From Minisyncoccota bacterium (lineage in GTDB: Bacteria > Patescibacteriota > Minisyncoccia > JBAYJV01): a stretch of DNA of 64,000 bases. A model generated the notes under the pieces. The model did no database searches, was not told where the DNA came from, and saw only the letters and a program-made list of their open reading frames with translations. Location of the stretch: contig JBAYJV010000002.1 in NCBI GenBank assembly GCA_041664925.1, positions 8,302 to 72,301 on the forward strand, read 5' to 3'. Below, piece by piece: positions 27,112 through 35,895 of this stretch. Each line of letters opens with the position of its first letter. The stretch's first letter is position 1. Position numbers and translations under genes: made by a program.

Positions 27112-28896
27112 TTGAGTTTTGAGTTTAAACACATGAGGTATTCTTGGAAAATTGGCGGACCAGCAGGATATGGCATAAAAAGTGCCGGTGAAATTTTTGC
27201 AAAAGCTTTTCTTAAAAAAGGTCTTTATGTTTTTTGTTATTCTGAATATCCTTCTTTAATTCGCGGTGGTCACAATACTGTCCAAGTTGATATTTCTGAT
27301 CAGCCCGTCAGATCTGCTTCAGACAAAGTAAGTTTTTTGGTGGCGCTTGATGAAGAAACAATAAAAGTAGATCACGAACATCTTCGCGAAAGAGGCATGA
27401 TGATTTATGATGCGTCCACAGTTACCAATAAAAGAAAAATCCCTAGAAAACACACTTTTAATGTGCCTTTTAGCGATCTTGCCAAAGAAGCAGGCAACCT
27501 GCTTTTAAGAAATACTGTCGCCTTGGGAGCAAGCTTGGCGTTTTTTGGAACAGACGCAAAAGAACTGAAAGAAATTGTCAAAGAGTCTTTTTCGGGAAAA
27601 GAAGAAGAGATGATCAGGCAAAATATAAGAGCAGTTGATTTGGGTTTTCATTATGTTATCAATCATTATAAAGTCACGCCCAATGAATTTTTTGATAAAG
27701 ATGTTATTGACAAAAAACATGTTTTAATTACTGGTAATACGACCATGGCGATGGGCGCTGTTGTCGGCGGTTGCAAGTTTTTTGCTTCCTATCCAATGAC
27801 CCCATCAACGGGACTTTTTCAATACTTAATTGCCCATGAACGAGATTATGATATGGTTGTTCATCAAGGCGAAGATGAAATCGGCGTAATTCACGAAGCT
27901 CTTGGCGCTTCTTTTGCGGGCGCAAGATCAATGATTACGACTTCTGGTGGGGGATTTGCTTTAATGAATGAAGCGATTTCTTTGTCGGGCATGACAGAAA
28001 TACCGATTGTAATCGCAGAAGTTATGAGACCAGCGCCGGCGACTGGACTACCCACTTGGACAGATCAGGGAGATTTAAGTTTTGTTTTAAATGCTGGACA
28101 CGGAGATTTTCCAAAAGTCGTGCTGGCGGCAGGAGATCCCGAAGAAGCTTATGAATTGGCTTGGAGGGCGCTCAATTTTTCAGAAAAGTTTCAGATTCCT
28201 GTCATTGTCTTAAGTGATAAATTTTTAGGAGAAAGCCAATACACGGTTTCTTCAAAAAAACTTAGTGAAATAAAAATGGCAATTGAAAGGGGAAAGATTT
28301 TAGAGAAAATTGGTGAAAACTATAAACGCTACGAAAATACCAAAGATGGCATTTCTTCCAGGGTTTTTCCTGGCGCAGAAAAAGGGGAGCACATTGCCAA
28401 TAGCGATGAACATAACGAATTTAGTTTTTCCGTTGAGGCCTATGGCGATGATAGAATTGTGCAAATGGATAAGCGCGCTAAAAAAATCAATGGCATAAAA
28501 AAAGAAATAAGACTGCCCATTATGTTTGGCAAAAAAGATGCCGATATTACGATTGTCAGCTGGGGATCAAATAAAGGGCCGATTCTTGATGCGCTCGACT
28601 CAATCAATTACTCCTCGCCTATCACAAAAAAATCAATCAATTATCTTCATTTCACCGACATCTATCCTTTCCCTCAAGGAGCAGAGAAAATATTAAGGAA
28701 ATCGAAAAAATTGATTTTGATAGAATGCAATCAGTCGGGGCAATTTGGCAAATTGATTCGCCAAGAAACGGGCATTGGTATTCAAGATAAGCTTTTGAAA
28801 TATGATGGTCGTCCTTTCTGGCCTGAAGAAATTGTTGCTTATCTAAAAAAATTACCCCTAGCAAACATAAAAAAAATCTTATGGAAGAAAAATTAA
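27112..28896 (+). CDS. 2-oxoacid(pyruvate):ferredoxin oxidoreductase, fused gamma-alpha subunit
   Basis: N-terminal gamma-like domain (GGPAGYGIKSAGEIFAKA), then alpha (GNTTMAMGAVVGGCKFFASYPMTPSTG). Confidence 0.8.
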   Translation: MSFEFKHMRYSWKIGGPAGYGIKSAGEIFAKAFLKKGLYVFCYSEYPSLIRGGHNTVQVDISDQPVRSASDKVSFLVALDEETIKVDHEHLRERGMMIYDASTVTNKRKIPRKHTFNVPFSDLAKEAGNLLLRNTVALGASLAFFGTDAKELKEIVKESFSGKEEEMIRQNIRAVDLGFHYVINHYKVTPNEFFDKDVIDKKHVLITGNTTMAMGAVVGGCKFFASYPMTPSTGLFQYLIAHERDYDMVVHQGEDEIGVIHEALGASFAGARSMITTSGGGFALMNEAISLSGMTEIPIVIAEVMRPAPATGLPTWTDQGDLSFVLNAGHGDFPKVVLAAGDPEEAYELAWRALNFSEKFQIPVIVLSDKFLGESQYTVSSKKLSEIKMAIERGKILEKIGENYKRYENTKDGISSRVFPGAEKGEHIANSDEHNEFSFSVEAYGDDRIVQMDKRAKKINGIKKEIRLPIMFGKKDADITIVSWGSNKGPILDALDSINYSSPITKKSINYLHFTDIYPFPQGAEKILRKSKKLILIECNQSGQFGKLIRQETGIGIQDKLLKYDGRPFWPEEIVAYLKKLPLANIKKILWKKN

Positions 28897-29738
28897 AACC
28901 GGAAAATTATAATACTACCCGTCAACCGACATGGTGTCCCGGTTGTGGTGATTTTGTTATTTGGCAGGCAGTCAAAATGGCTTTAGCCGAATTGGAAATT
29001 CCCTCTCATAAAATTATTATTACTTATGGCATTGGTTGCGCAGGAAATATGGTCAATAATATCAAGGCTTATGCTTTTCATTCTCTTCATGGAAGAAGTT
29101 TGCCAATCGCTTTGGGCGCAAAATTAGCCAATCATGGACTGACGGTTTTGGCAATTACGGGCGATGGCGACGCTTATGGCGAAGGCACTAATCATTTGAT
29201 TCACACGGCTCGATCAAATATTAATATTACCCATATTGTTTGTAATAATCATTCCTATTCTTTAACGACTGGCCAATCTTCTCCGACTTCAGAAAAAGGC
29301 TATGAAACAAAAACGACTCCTTGGGGAGAAGTAAAAAAACCGCTCAACCCAATTAGTTTAGCGATTTCTTCGGGCGCAAGTTTTGTGGCTCGAGGTTTTG
29401 CCGGCGACCTTGAGCATCTAAAAGAAACCATAAAAAAAGCCATCAAGCACAAAGGTTTTTCTCATGTTGACGTTTTGCAGCAATGCGTTACTTTCAATAA
29501 GGTTCAAACGCTGGATTATTTCAGAAAACGAGTTTATAAGCTTGAAGAAGAAAAAGACTATGACGCCAAAGATAAAATAAAAGCTTTTGAAAAAGCAGAA
29601 GAAACCAAAAAGATCCCCATCGGTGTTTTTTATGATATTACTTGTCCAACTTACGAATCAACCTTTTCTCAAATAGAAAAAGAAACTTTAGTTTCCAAAA
29701 AAGTTGGCGAGGTAAAATTTAAAGATTTAAAATATTAA
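28881..29738 (+). CDS. 2-oxoacid:ferredoxin oxidoreductase beta subunit (TPP-binding)
   Basis: TWCPGCGDFVI and GIGCAG..., GDGDAYGEG TPP motif. Confidence 0.8.
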   Translation: MEEKLKPENYNTTRQPTWCPGCGDFVIWQAVKMALAELEIPSHKIIITYGIGCAGNMVNNIKAYAFHSLHGRSLPIALGAKLANHGLTVLAITGDGDAYGEGTNHLIHTARSNINITHIVCNNHSYSLTTGQSSPTSEKGYETKTTPWGEVKKPLNPISLAISSGASFVARGFAGDLEHLKETIKKAIKHKGFSHVDVLQQCVTFNKVQTLDYFRKRVYKLEEEKDYDAKDKIKAFEKAEETKKIPIGVFYDITCPTYESTFSQIEKETLVSKKVGEVKFKDLKY

Positions 29739-29796
29739 AATCTTGCTTGCCCGTCCGGAGTCTTGACTGTCGTCAGGCAGGCTTGGCGTAGGAGGG

Positions 29797-29850
29797 TCAT
29801 TCTGAGTATTAGCGAAGAATCTCGGGATCCTTCATTTCATTCAGGATGAC
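29797..29850. mobile_element. 54-bp MITE-like element (TIR GTCATTCTGAG / TTCAGGATGAC)
   Basis: GTCATTCTGAGTATTAGCGAAGAATCTCGGGATCCTTCATTTCATTCAGGATGAC. Confidence 0.4.
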
Positions 29851-29903
29851 TCATTTTTTTATCGCGATTAAAAAAGCGGAGACCTTGTCTCCGCTAGTAT
29901 TTT

Positions 29904-30041
29904 TTACTTACTTTTTTCTAGCTTTCTAAGTTCTCTATATCTCTCAAAATGTAGTTTTGCAGCTACGCTGGCGCAAACGACTACAACAAGCAATGCCGCG
30001 ATTTCAAATATCTTTAGTCCGAAGATCACTCTTTCAATCAT
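29904..30041 (-). CDS. Candidate small membrane protein (~44 aa) not in ORF track
   Basis: Minus-strand AGGAGGGAAAG-ATG-ATTGAAAGA... encodes MIERVIFGLKIFEIAALLVVVCASVAAKLHFERYRELRKLEKSK. It ends at a bidirectional terminator (29868-29905). Confidence 0.3.
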   Translation of the reverse strand: MIERVIFGLKIFEIAALLVVVVCASVAAKLHFERYRELRKLEKSK

Positions 30042-30128
30042 CTTTCCCTCCTATTGATTTTCCGATTGACATATTACTATACTATCACAACAAAAATAAA
30101 TATCAATAAAAAACTCCTGAACCTATGT

Positions 30129-31028
30129 TCAGGAGCATGTTGCTGCTTCCAGCTGTCCCAGTAAACGGCTGTACTTTGGATGAGCTTCAAGCCACATTCT
30201 AATCTTTTCAAGCGATTCTTTTTCAATCTGACGAGCTCTTTCGCCAGAAATCCCATGCTGTCTGCCTATTTCCTCGAATCCTTGTTCTTCTCTTGAAGGA
30301 TTCATTCCGTAACGCGCCCTTAGGACGGCTGCTTCCCTTTGAGAAAGACCCAAGACCATCGCTTCAGAAATAAGCCTTCTTATAGAACTGTTTCTGATCT
30401 CTTCTCCGACAACTTTTTCTGGAGAAAAAGTTTCATCAATAATACCATTAACTTCAGCGGTCTCATCAGGGTCACTTTTAATGGGCGTGTCTAAAGACAG
30501 CACATCAAAAACTCCAAGAGCGGCGATTAAAGTTTTGGGATTAATCTTATTCTTTCTAGCAAAATCTACTATCGCTATTTCGGTATTACTATTGAGTCTT
30601 GCGTCGGGATGTTCTCTTGCGAATTTGACGATTGACCACTTAATATTTTGAGGCAATCTAATAGGAGAGGATATATCGTGAAGTTTTCTCCCAATCGTAT
30701 CGTCAATCCACCAAACTGCGTAAGTTGATGGTTTGCTGCCTTTTGTTGAGTCGAATTTTGCCGATGAATCGTAAAAAACACGAAGCAAAACTAAATAACA
30801 GTCATGAAGTAAATCAGCAATAGTTTCTTCGTCATTAAAGGTTTGGATCTTTACGAAAATTCTCTTAAGGATTAGCTTGGTCATGCTTAAAACTAAGCGT
30901 GCACAAGCTTCTTTATCGCCATTTCTGGCCTTTTTGGCTAGTTCTAATTGTTCTTCTTTTCTTTGAATTTCTGTGAACAAGCTTTTTTCTGGCATCTGGA
31001 CATGACTCTCAATCGTCGCTAGTGGCAT
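30129..31028 (-). CDS. Sigma-70 family RNA polymerase sigma factor (divergent paralog 1)
   Basis: Region 2 (STYAVWWIDDTIGR) and region 4 HTH (LSQREAAVLRARYGM...EEIGRQHGISGERARQIEKESLEKIR). Confidence 0.75.
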   Translation of the reverse strand: MPLATIESHVQMPEKSLFTEIQRKEEQLELAKKARNGDKEACARLVLSMTKLILKRIFVKIQTFNDEETIADLLHDCYLVLLRVFYDSSAKFDSTKGSKPSTYAVWWIDDTIGRKLHDISSPIRLPQNIKWSIVKFAREHPDARLNSNTEIAIVDFARKNKINPKTLIAALGVFDVLSLDTPIKSDPDETAEVNGIIDETFSPEKVVGEEIRNSSIRRLISEAMVLGLSQREAAVLRARYGMNPSREEQGFEEIGRQHGISGERARQIEKESLEKIRMWLEAHPKYSRLLGQLEAATCS

Positions 31029-31267
31029 TGAACATCCTCCTTTAGAATTTCCTTCTGAATGTAATGAAGAGTAGAAATTCTTAAGCCCTTCCGTAGCTTC
31101 GGCTTGCCCTGCCTACCCTGCCTACCGGCAGGCAGGCGGAGCGTAGAAGGGTAATAATTTTTTAACACTAGACTGTATTTTCATTATTAAAGAACAATAC
31201 TTGCCAACAATACTAACATATTTTTATAAAAAAGCAACCCTCCTACGCACCAGTATAAAAACAATTA

Positions 31268-31385
31268 TCCCTGAAACCCCGCACCAGTATCCTGCAGCAG
31301 AATAAATTCGCTTCAGGACAAGTAAATACGGTGCGGGGTTGTGATTGCGTATTCCTTCATAAATTCAGGAACGCACTCAATAACA
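31268..31385 (-). repeat. ~115-bp composite element copy 1 (minus orientation): TTATTGAGTGCG..CGCAATCA hairpin + long ACCCCGCACC(N~45)GGTGCGGGGT hairpin
   Basis: The reverse complement matches 35041-35156 almost base for base. Confidence 0.5.
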
Positions 31386-31478
31386 AAAAGGAGAGGGAAG
31401 CTTTCTTCCCTCTCTGGTCCCGCTTGCCATGTAGCGAGACGCCCCGAGCACTCCGCAAAGGAGGTTCGACAACGGTGC
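31385..31478 (-). ncRNA. Candidate small RNA D (promoter + intrinsic terminator unit)
   Basis: Minus-sense TTGACA (31507-31512), 16-nt spacer, TACAAT (31485-31490), then ~90 nt ending in GGAGAGGGAAGAAAGCTTCCCTCTCC + T-run (31390-31416). A DnaA-box-like TTATCCACA abuts the -35. Confidence 0.3.
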
Positions 31479-31533
31479 TTCTTTATTGTACCAAACACCT
31501 AGCCTCTGTCAAGAGATATTGTGGATAAGTTAA

Positions 31534-31896
31534 TCAAAGCGTCTTTAGAAAAGAACGAAACTTAAACTTAAAAAAGTATCTTGCGAAGAAAACGCTGATT
31601 GCGACGGGAATTGCTAGGCCGAGAAATGGCGAAACAAGGACAACTGTTCCTCCAAGAATCGTTTTATTGGTGTAGTTTTCCTTCGTAAGTAAATAGATAG
31701 CAAGATCGAATGTAATGTACATCGCAGCGGCTAGATTTAACAGAAGACCGAAGCCGATTGTCGTAATCATTTTCCCTGAAAAACCTGTAAATTGAAGTAT
31801 GATAACCAAAAGAACCGTTTCTATAATCAATGACGGAAAAAGAACTTTATAAATAAACTCTCGCAAAAACTGATCATTCTTATCCTGCGTCTTCAT
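31534..31896 (-). CDS. Small integral membrane protein (120 aa, 3-4 TM); leader-class cassette gene
   Basis: Conserved leader on minus strand (31897-31960) with SD AGAGAGGTG. Preceded further upstream by a CCTGCCTACCGGCAGG hairpin. Confidence 0.5.
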   Translation of the reverse strand: MKTQDKNDQFLREFIYKVLFPSLIIETVLLVIILQFTGFSGKMITTIGFGLLLNLAAAMYITFDLAIYLLTKENYTNKTILGGTVVLVSPFLGLAIPVAISVFFARYFFKFKFRSFLKTL

Positions 31897-31960
31897 GTTT
31901 TCACCTCTCTTAGAGATTCTTGCTGAATGACAGTGAAATTAGAAGCTCTTTACCCTGAGC
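31897..31960 (-). promoter_or_regulatory. Conserved leader instance e (serves 31534-31896)
   Basis: TAAAGAGCTTCTAATTTCACTGTCATTCAGCAAGAATCTCTAAGAGAGGTGAAAAC-ATG. Confidence 0.45.
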
Positions 31961-32266
31961 TTGTCGAAGGGTTAGACCCCGGCTTGCCCTGCCTACCGGC
32001 AGGCAGGCGGGACTACACTTGCAACTCTTTCATTATAAAACAAAAAGAAGGAAAGTCAAATGTAAACCTGTTAACCGTTAAGCGTAAACCGTGAACCGCA
32101 AACCTCGCATTTCGCGATTAACGAATAACGACTAATTTTCTTGCCCTTCCGAAGCCCTGCCTACCGGCAGGCAGGCTTGTGCGTAGGAGGGTTGCATTTT
32201 AATCAAAATGTGCTAGTATCGTTGGCAGTTATCATGGTTCTTTAATATTAACAAAGGAGGGGGGGG

Positions 32267-33256
32267 ATGATTGGACAACTAGAAGTTCTCTATGCTTATT
32301 TCAGAGAAATTAGCAGAACTCCTCTTTTAACCAAAGAAGAAGAAATTGAATTGGCTAAAAAAATTGCTCAAGGAGACAAAGAGGCAAAAGAAAAATTTAT
32401 TAGAGCTAATCTGGGATTAGTTGCTTCAATTGTACAAAGATATAGAGTAAGAGATTCTCATTTAAGTTATTTTGACTTGATCCAAGAAGGAACATTGGGC
32501 TTAATTAGGGCGGTTGAAAAATTTAATCCTTGTAAAGAATGTAGATTTGCTAATTATGCCGCTTGGTGGATTAGACAATCGGTCTTGGTGGCAGTAGCAA
32601 AACATAGTAACAATATTAGATTGCCATGGGATGCAAGACGGTTGGTTTCCAAATTTACAAGAGAGAGTTCTGACGTAGGACTTAGTATGACTAACGGCGC
32701 GATGGCAGATTTTTGCAGAAAACACGCTGGAACCAATCGTAAGATACTAATCGCTGCTCTCGGGGCTTATAATAATATTGTGTGCTTGAATTTATCTATT
32801 GGCTGCGATGACAGTGATGCTATTGAAAGACAAAGCCTAAGAGAGATTCCTATTGAAGAGGATGGATTTGGAGATACCAATACCATAAAAATTGTTCTTG
32901 TTTCTCAAGAAGCAATTTCCTTGATGACCATAATTGGCGATGATGGAGATGCTCCCGAAGAGTATGTTTTAGGCGAGCAAAATCCTCAAGAAGATGAGCT
33001 CAGAAAATTGCGCAAAAAAGAAATCTTAGAAAAGGCGATGAATGCTGTTCTTAATTCTAGAGAAATAGATGTTCTCACCTTGCGATTTGGATTGGGAGAC
33101 ATAAAAGAACTAACTCTTCAAGAAGTAGCAGAGCAATATCATCTTTCTCGAGAAAGAATCAGACAGATTGAAAAAAATGCTCTTGAAAAAATTAAATGTT
33201 ATCTCAGAGCAGAATATGGAGAACGTATTCATGAATTAGCAAGATACCTTGTGTAA
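32267..33256 (+). CDS. Sigma-70 family RNA polymerase sigma factor (divergent paralog 2, with ~100-aa insertion between regions 2/3 and 4)
   Basis: Region 1.2/2 (LTKEEEIELAKKIAQGDKEAKEKFIRANLGLV...IQEGTLGLIRAVEKF...YAAWWIRQ) and region 4 (LTLRFGL...TLQEVAEQYHLSRERIRQIEKNALEKIK). Confidence 0.8.
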   Translation: MIGQLEVLYAYFREISRTPLLTKEEEIELAKKIAQGDKEAKEKFIRANLGLVASIVQRYRVRDSHLSYFDLIQEGTLGLIRAVEKFNPCKECRFANYAAWWIRQSVLVAVAKHSNNIRLPWDARRLVSKFTRESSDVGLSMTNGAMADFCRKHAGTNRKILIAALGAYNNIVCLNLSIGCDDSDAIERQSLREIPIEEDGFGDTNTIKIVLVSQEAISLMTIIGDDGDAPEEYVLGEQNPQEDELRKLRKKEILEKAMNAVLNSREIDVLTLRFGLGDIKELTLQEVAEQYHLSRERIRQIEKNALEKIKCYLRAEYGERIHELARYLV

Positions 33257-33465
33257 AATGGTAAGCGGTCACTAAAGAATAGTGACCGCATTTATAATCC
33301 TTGCTTTTTCTTATAAATGTGTTAATATGGGGACCTAGAATAGTTCTTTAACTTAATGTAGTCCTACGGTCACGAATAAAGTCCTCCTTCACTAAAGTTA
33401 CGGCGGGACGTAAGAATCTTCATTTCTCGTAAACTCGAAAGAATCTTCTAACGGAGGTGGGAAAA

Positions 33466-34320
33466 ATGTTTGAATGGCAAAAAGGAATTAGAAGCTATCT
33501 TAAAGAAATTGGCAAAATTCCTCTTTTAACTAGAGAACAAGAATTTGCTTTAGCTGAAAGAGTTGCCAACGGAGACAAAAAGGCAACAGAAGAATTTGCT
33601 CTAGCGAATTTGCGATTAGTCGTTTCAGTCGCAAGAAACATTCATTATTATTCTCCCACGCTCAGCATGCTCGATCTGATTCAAGAAGGCAATATTGGTT
33701 TAATGAAAGCTATCGAGAAATTCGATCGCCATAAAGGCTATAAATTCTCCACATACGCGAAATGGTGGATTTGGCAAGCGATTTTGAGAGCAATATCGGA
33801 TCATGGTAGAGACATAAGACTACCGTCTCATATACTTGAATCAATTCGCAAGGCTCAAAGGAAAATTTCTCAAGAGAAAGATAGAGAAGAGGATCCAAGA
33901 GATTTAGGAGAAATTCTTGAAGAAGACGGATTGAGCGATGCGAGTATTGTTGGGATTATCTCTGCTACTCGCGGAAGACTTTCTTTGGATGTTGAACTTG
34001 GAGAAGACGGAGAAACTTTTGAAGAATATGCTGATGGCAAGCAACCTTCTCAAGAAGATGAATTTAATGCATTGAGAAAAAGAGAAATCATAAAAGAGGC
34101 GATAAATGAGACTCTTGATGATAGAGAGAAGGATATTATTAACTTGCGATTTGGGATGGATGGGACAAAAGCATTAACTCTTAAAGAAATATCAGCTCTG
34201 CATGATATTAGTCGAGAAAGAATTAGGCAAATTCAAATAAAAGCTCTTAGAAAGATCGGACACTATATTGAAACAAAATATAGGGAGCAAATGACGGACA
34301 TAGAAAAAGCGTTTTTATAG
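33466..34320 (+). CDS. Sigma-70 family RNA polymerase sigma factor (divergent paralog 3)
   Basis: LLTREQEFALAERVANGDKKA...ANLRLVVSVAR...IQEGNIGLMKAIEKFD...YAKWWIWQAI and region 4 (INLRFGM...TLKEISALHDISRERIRQIQIKALRKI). ATG is 5 nt after GGAGGTGG. The ORF track used the GTG at 33457. Confidence 0.8.
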   Translation: MFEWQKGIRSYLKEIGKIPLLTREQEFALAERVANGDKKATEEFALANLRLVVSVARNIHYYSPTLSMLDLIQEGNIGLMKAIEKFDRHKGYKFSTYAKWWIWQAILRAISDHGRDIRLPSHILESIRKAQRKISQEKDREEDPRDLGEILEEDGLSDASIVGIISATRGRLSLDVELGEDGETFEEYADGKQPSQEDEFNALRKREIIKEAINETLDDREKDIINLRFGMDGTKALTLKEISALHDISRERIRQIQIKALRKIGHYIETKYREQMTDIEKAFL

Positions 34321-34377
34321 CAGTTGCTAAGGATTGGTTAAAACTTGACAATGGGTAAAATTCTGTTAGTATAGTAA

Positions 34378-34486
34378 ACAGGAGCGCAGAGGTGATTCTC
34401 GGCGTTCTCTTGACTCCATAACGCTCCATTGGGGAGTATCTTGGTGATTCACACGGAAGGGGAAGATGGCTTTCCCTTCCTTTTTG
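34378..34486 (+). ncRNA. Candidate small RNA A
   Basis: TTGACA (34345-34350), 16-nt spacer, TAGTAT. Then ~105 nt ending in GGAAGGGGAAGATGGCTTTCCCTTCC + T5. Shares the GCG(T)TCTCTTGACTC core with sRNA B. Confidence 0.3.
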
Positions 34487-34532
34487 TTATCTGCGTTTCT
34501 GAGTTAAGCGAAGATTACGCAAATAACAATCC

Positions 34533-34650
34533 TGAGCGAAGCTTGCCCTGAACTTAGTTGAAGGGTCGAAGAATTTATCCTGAGCGAAGTTTGCCCTGAA
34601 CTTAGTTGAAGGGTCGAAGAATTTATCCTGAGCGAAGTCGAAGGATCCTC
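34533..34650. repeat. Tandem repeat, ~54-bp unit x 2.2
   Basis: AATCCTGAGCGAAGCTTGCCCTGAACTTAGTTGAAGGGTCGAAGAATTT / ATCCTGAGCGAAGTTTGCCCTGAACTTAGTTGAAGGGTCGAAGAATTT / ATCCTGAGCGAAGTCGAAGG. Confidence 0.6.
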
Positions 34651-34684
34651 TTGACATAAAATAAAATTCTGTTAGTATTATATA

Positions 34685-34792
34685 CGAGAAACAAGAAAAA
34701 TGCTGGGTTGATACCCAGCGCTCTCTTGACTCACGTTCCATAGTGGAACGTTCCAATGGTTCGGAGAGGGAAGATGGCTTCCCTCTCTTTTT
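34685..34792 (+). ncRNA. Candidate small RNA B
   Basis: TTGACA (34651-34656), 16-nt spacer, TAGTAT (34673-34678). Terminator GAGAGGGAAGATGGCTTCCCTCTC + T5 (34764-34792). Confidence 0.3.
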
Positions 34793-34912
34793 ATTGACTC
34801 TGTTTTTGAATGAAATGAAAATTACAGAGTTAACAACCCCGCACCGTATTTACTTGTCCTGAAGCGAATTTATTCTGCTGCAGGATACTGGTGCGGGGTA
34901 TTTATCCTCTTG
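34793..34912 (+). repeat. Composite element copy 2
   Basis: TTATTGACTCTGTTTTTGAATGAAATGAAAATTACAGAGTTAACAACCCCGCACCGTATTTACTTGTCCTGAAGCGAATTTATTCTGCTGCAGGATACTGGTGCGGGGT. Confidence 0.5.
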
Positions 34913-34941
34913 ACATAGAATAAAGTTTTGATAACATAAAT

Positions 34942-35047
34942 ATTGAGGAAGGTAGCTCCTCACTCCCGGTGTCCTGGCGTCCTCCTGGTGGACGTCCTGC
35001 CACCCGCCGTGCGCTGGAGAGGGAAATAGTTTCCCTCTCCTTTTTTT
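34942..35047 (+). ncRNA. Candidate small RNA C (GC-rich)
   Basis: TTGACA (34909-34914) with a weak -10 (TAACAT). GC-rich body ...GGTGTCCTGGCGTCCTCCTGGTGGACGTCCTGCCACCCGCCGTGCGCTGG. Terminator GGAGAGGGAAATAGTTTCCCTCTCC + T8 (35015-35047). Confidence 0.3.
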
Positions 35048-35156
35048 ATTGAGTGCGTTCCTGAATTTATGAAGGAATACGCAATCAATAACCCCGCACC
35101 GTATTTACTTGTCCTGAAGCGAATTTATTCTGCAGCAGGATACTGGTGCGGGGTTT
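35041..35156 (+). repeat. Composite element copy 3
   Basis: TTATTGAGTGCGTTCCTGAATTTATGAAGGAATACGCAATCAATAACCCCGCACCGTATTTACTTGTCCTGAAGCGAATTTATTCTGCAGCAGGATACTGGTGCGGGGT. Confidence 0.5.
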
Positions 35157-35204
35157 ATTATTGTACTTCGGGGTTTACGCTCTGGTGCTGGTTTTTTTTA
35201 CAAT

Positions 35205-35435
35205 TAAATATCCACCCATATCCATAAATATCATCCGCTCGGGGCGGATAAATATCCATTAATGTCTATGAATTTTAAGAATTATAATTTAAATATTGTT
35301 TCGTATTTCGGATTTTGATATTCGGATTTTATTATATATATAATATTGTAGCTCTGTTTGAGTTATCCACAGAATCTTAGAAAAGTTATCCACAGATTAT
35401 AGGCGCTTTTTCAGGTTTATCACTATCCATGCATT
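35205..35435. promoter_or_regulatory. DnaA-box cluster with adjacent AT-rich tract (oriC-like or DnaA-regulated region)
   Basis: Perfect TTATCCACA at 35363-35371 and 35386-35394 (direct, 23 bp apart). 7/9 or 6/9 matches near 35209, 35221, 35263, 35417 and 35424. AT-rich 35281-35350 (...TTTCGTATTTCGGATTTTGATATTCGGATTTTATTATATATATAATATTG). Confidence 0.35.
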
Positions 35436-35772
35436 CTTTGACAATGATCTAGTTTTTTTGGTAGGATTGGTTATAAAGAAAGAGGAGAAATATATTTCAT
35501 CGCTAACAAAAATTTGTTAGAAACAACAAAATGCATTGTTTGTCTTTGTTTGTAGGGGGGACAAACGGCTCATTTAAAAACCAACACGAGAGAGGATTGG
35601 TTTTTTTTGTTTAAAATCGTTGTGTAGATGTCCGACATCTACAGCCAAGCGAGAAGGAACAGAACCTTAAAAACGGAAAAATTATTTACACTAGTGTTGA
35701 TAATTGATTATTGAAAGTTGAAAATTAATTCGCAAGCTTAGCTAAAAATGTGTGACAACATTAAAGCTTCGC

Positions 35773-35895
35773 GTCATCCTGAGTGTTTCCTGTCATTCCG
35801 CACTTGATGCGGAATCCAGGAAATAAAACAGATTCCTGCTCGCCTTGCTGTCGAAGCAGGCCTATGCAGGAATGACAGGATTATATCAGGATGAC
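35773..35895. mobile_element. 123-bp MITE-like element with nested inverted repeats
   Basis: GTCATCCTGAGTG...CCTGTCATTCC...GGAATGACAGG...ATCAGGATGAC. Inner hairpins TTCCGCACTTGATGCGGAA and CCTGCTCGCCTTGCTGTCGAAGCAGG. Confidence 0.4.

Noticed and set aside
27112-27132. ORF-track start MSFEFKHM for the OFOR alpha gene. Likewise the 1537, 7491, 22283 and 43645 starts.
   Set aside because: Internal ATGs with better SD spacing, or avoidance of upstream hairpins, are preferred. The longer N-termini overlap repeats or hairpins. Exact starts remain uncertain.
34533-34650. Possible CRISPR array.
   Set aside because: There are only about 2.2 units of 54 bp with no unique spacers and no cas genes. This is an ordinary tandem repeat.
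34487-34756. 89-aa minus ORF.
   Set aside because: It is composed of the 54-bp tandem repeat and sRNA unit B, so the repetitive peptide is an artefact.
34942-35047. SRP (4.5S) RNA or a tRNA within the GC-rich sRNA C or E bodies.
   Set aside because: No GGAAGCAGCC domain-IV motif. No tRNA T-arm (GTTCGAATC-like) or cloverleaf could be built by eye. No tRNA-like sequence was seen anywhere in the window.
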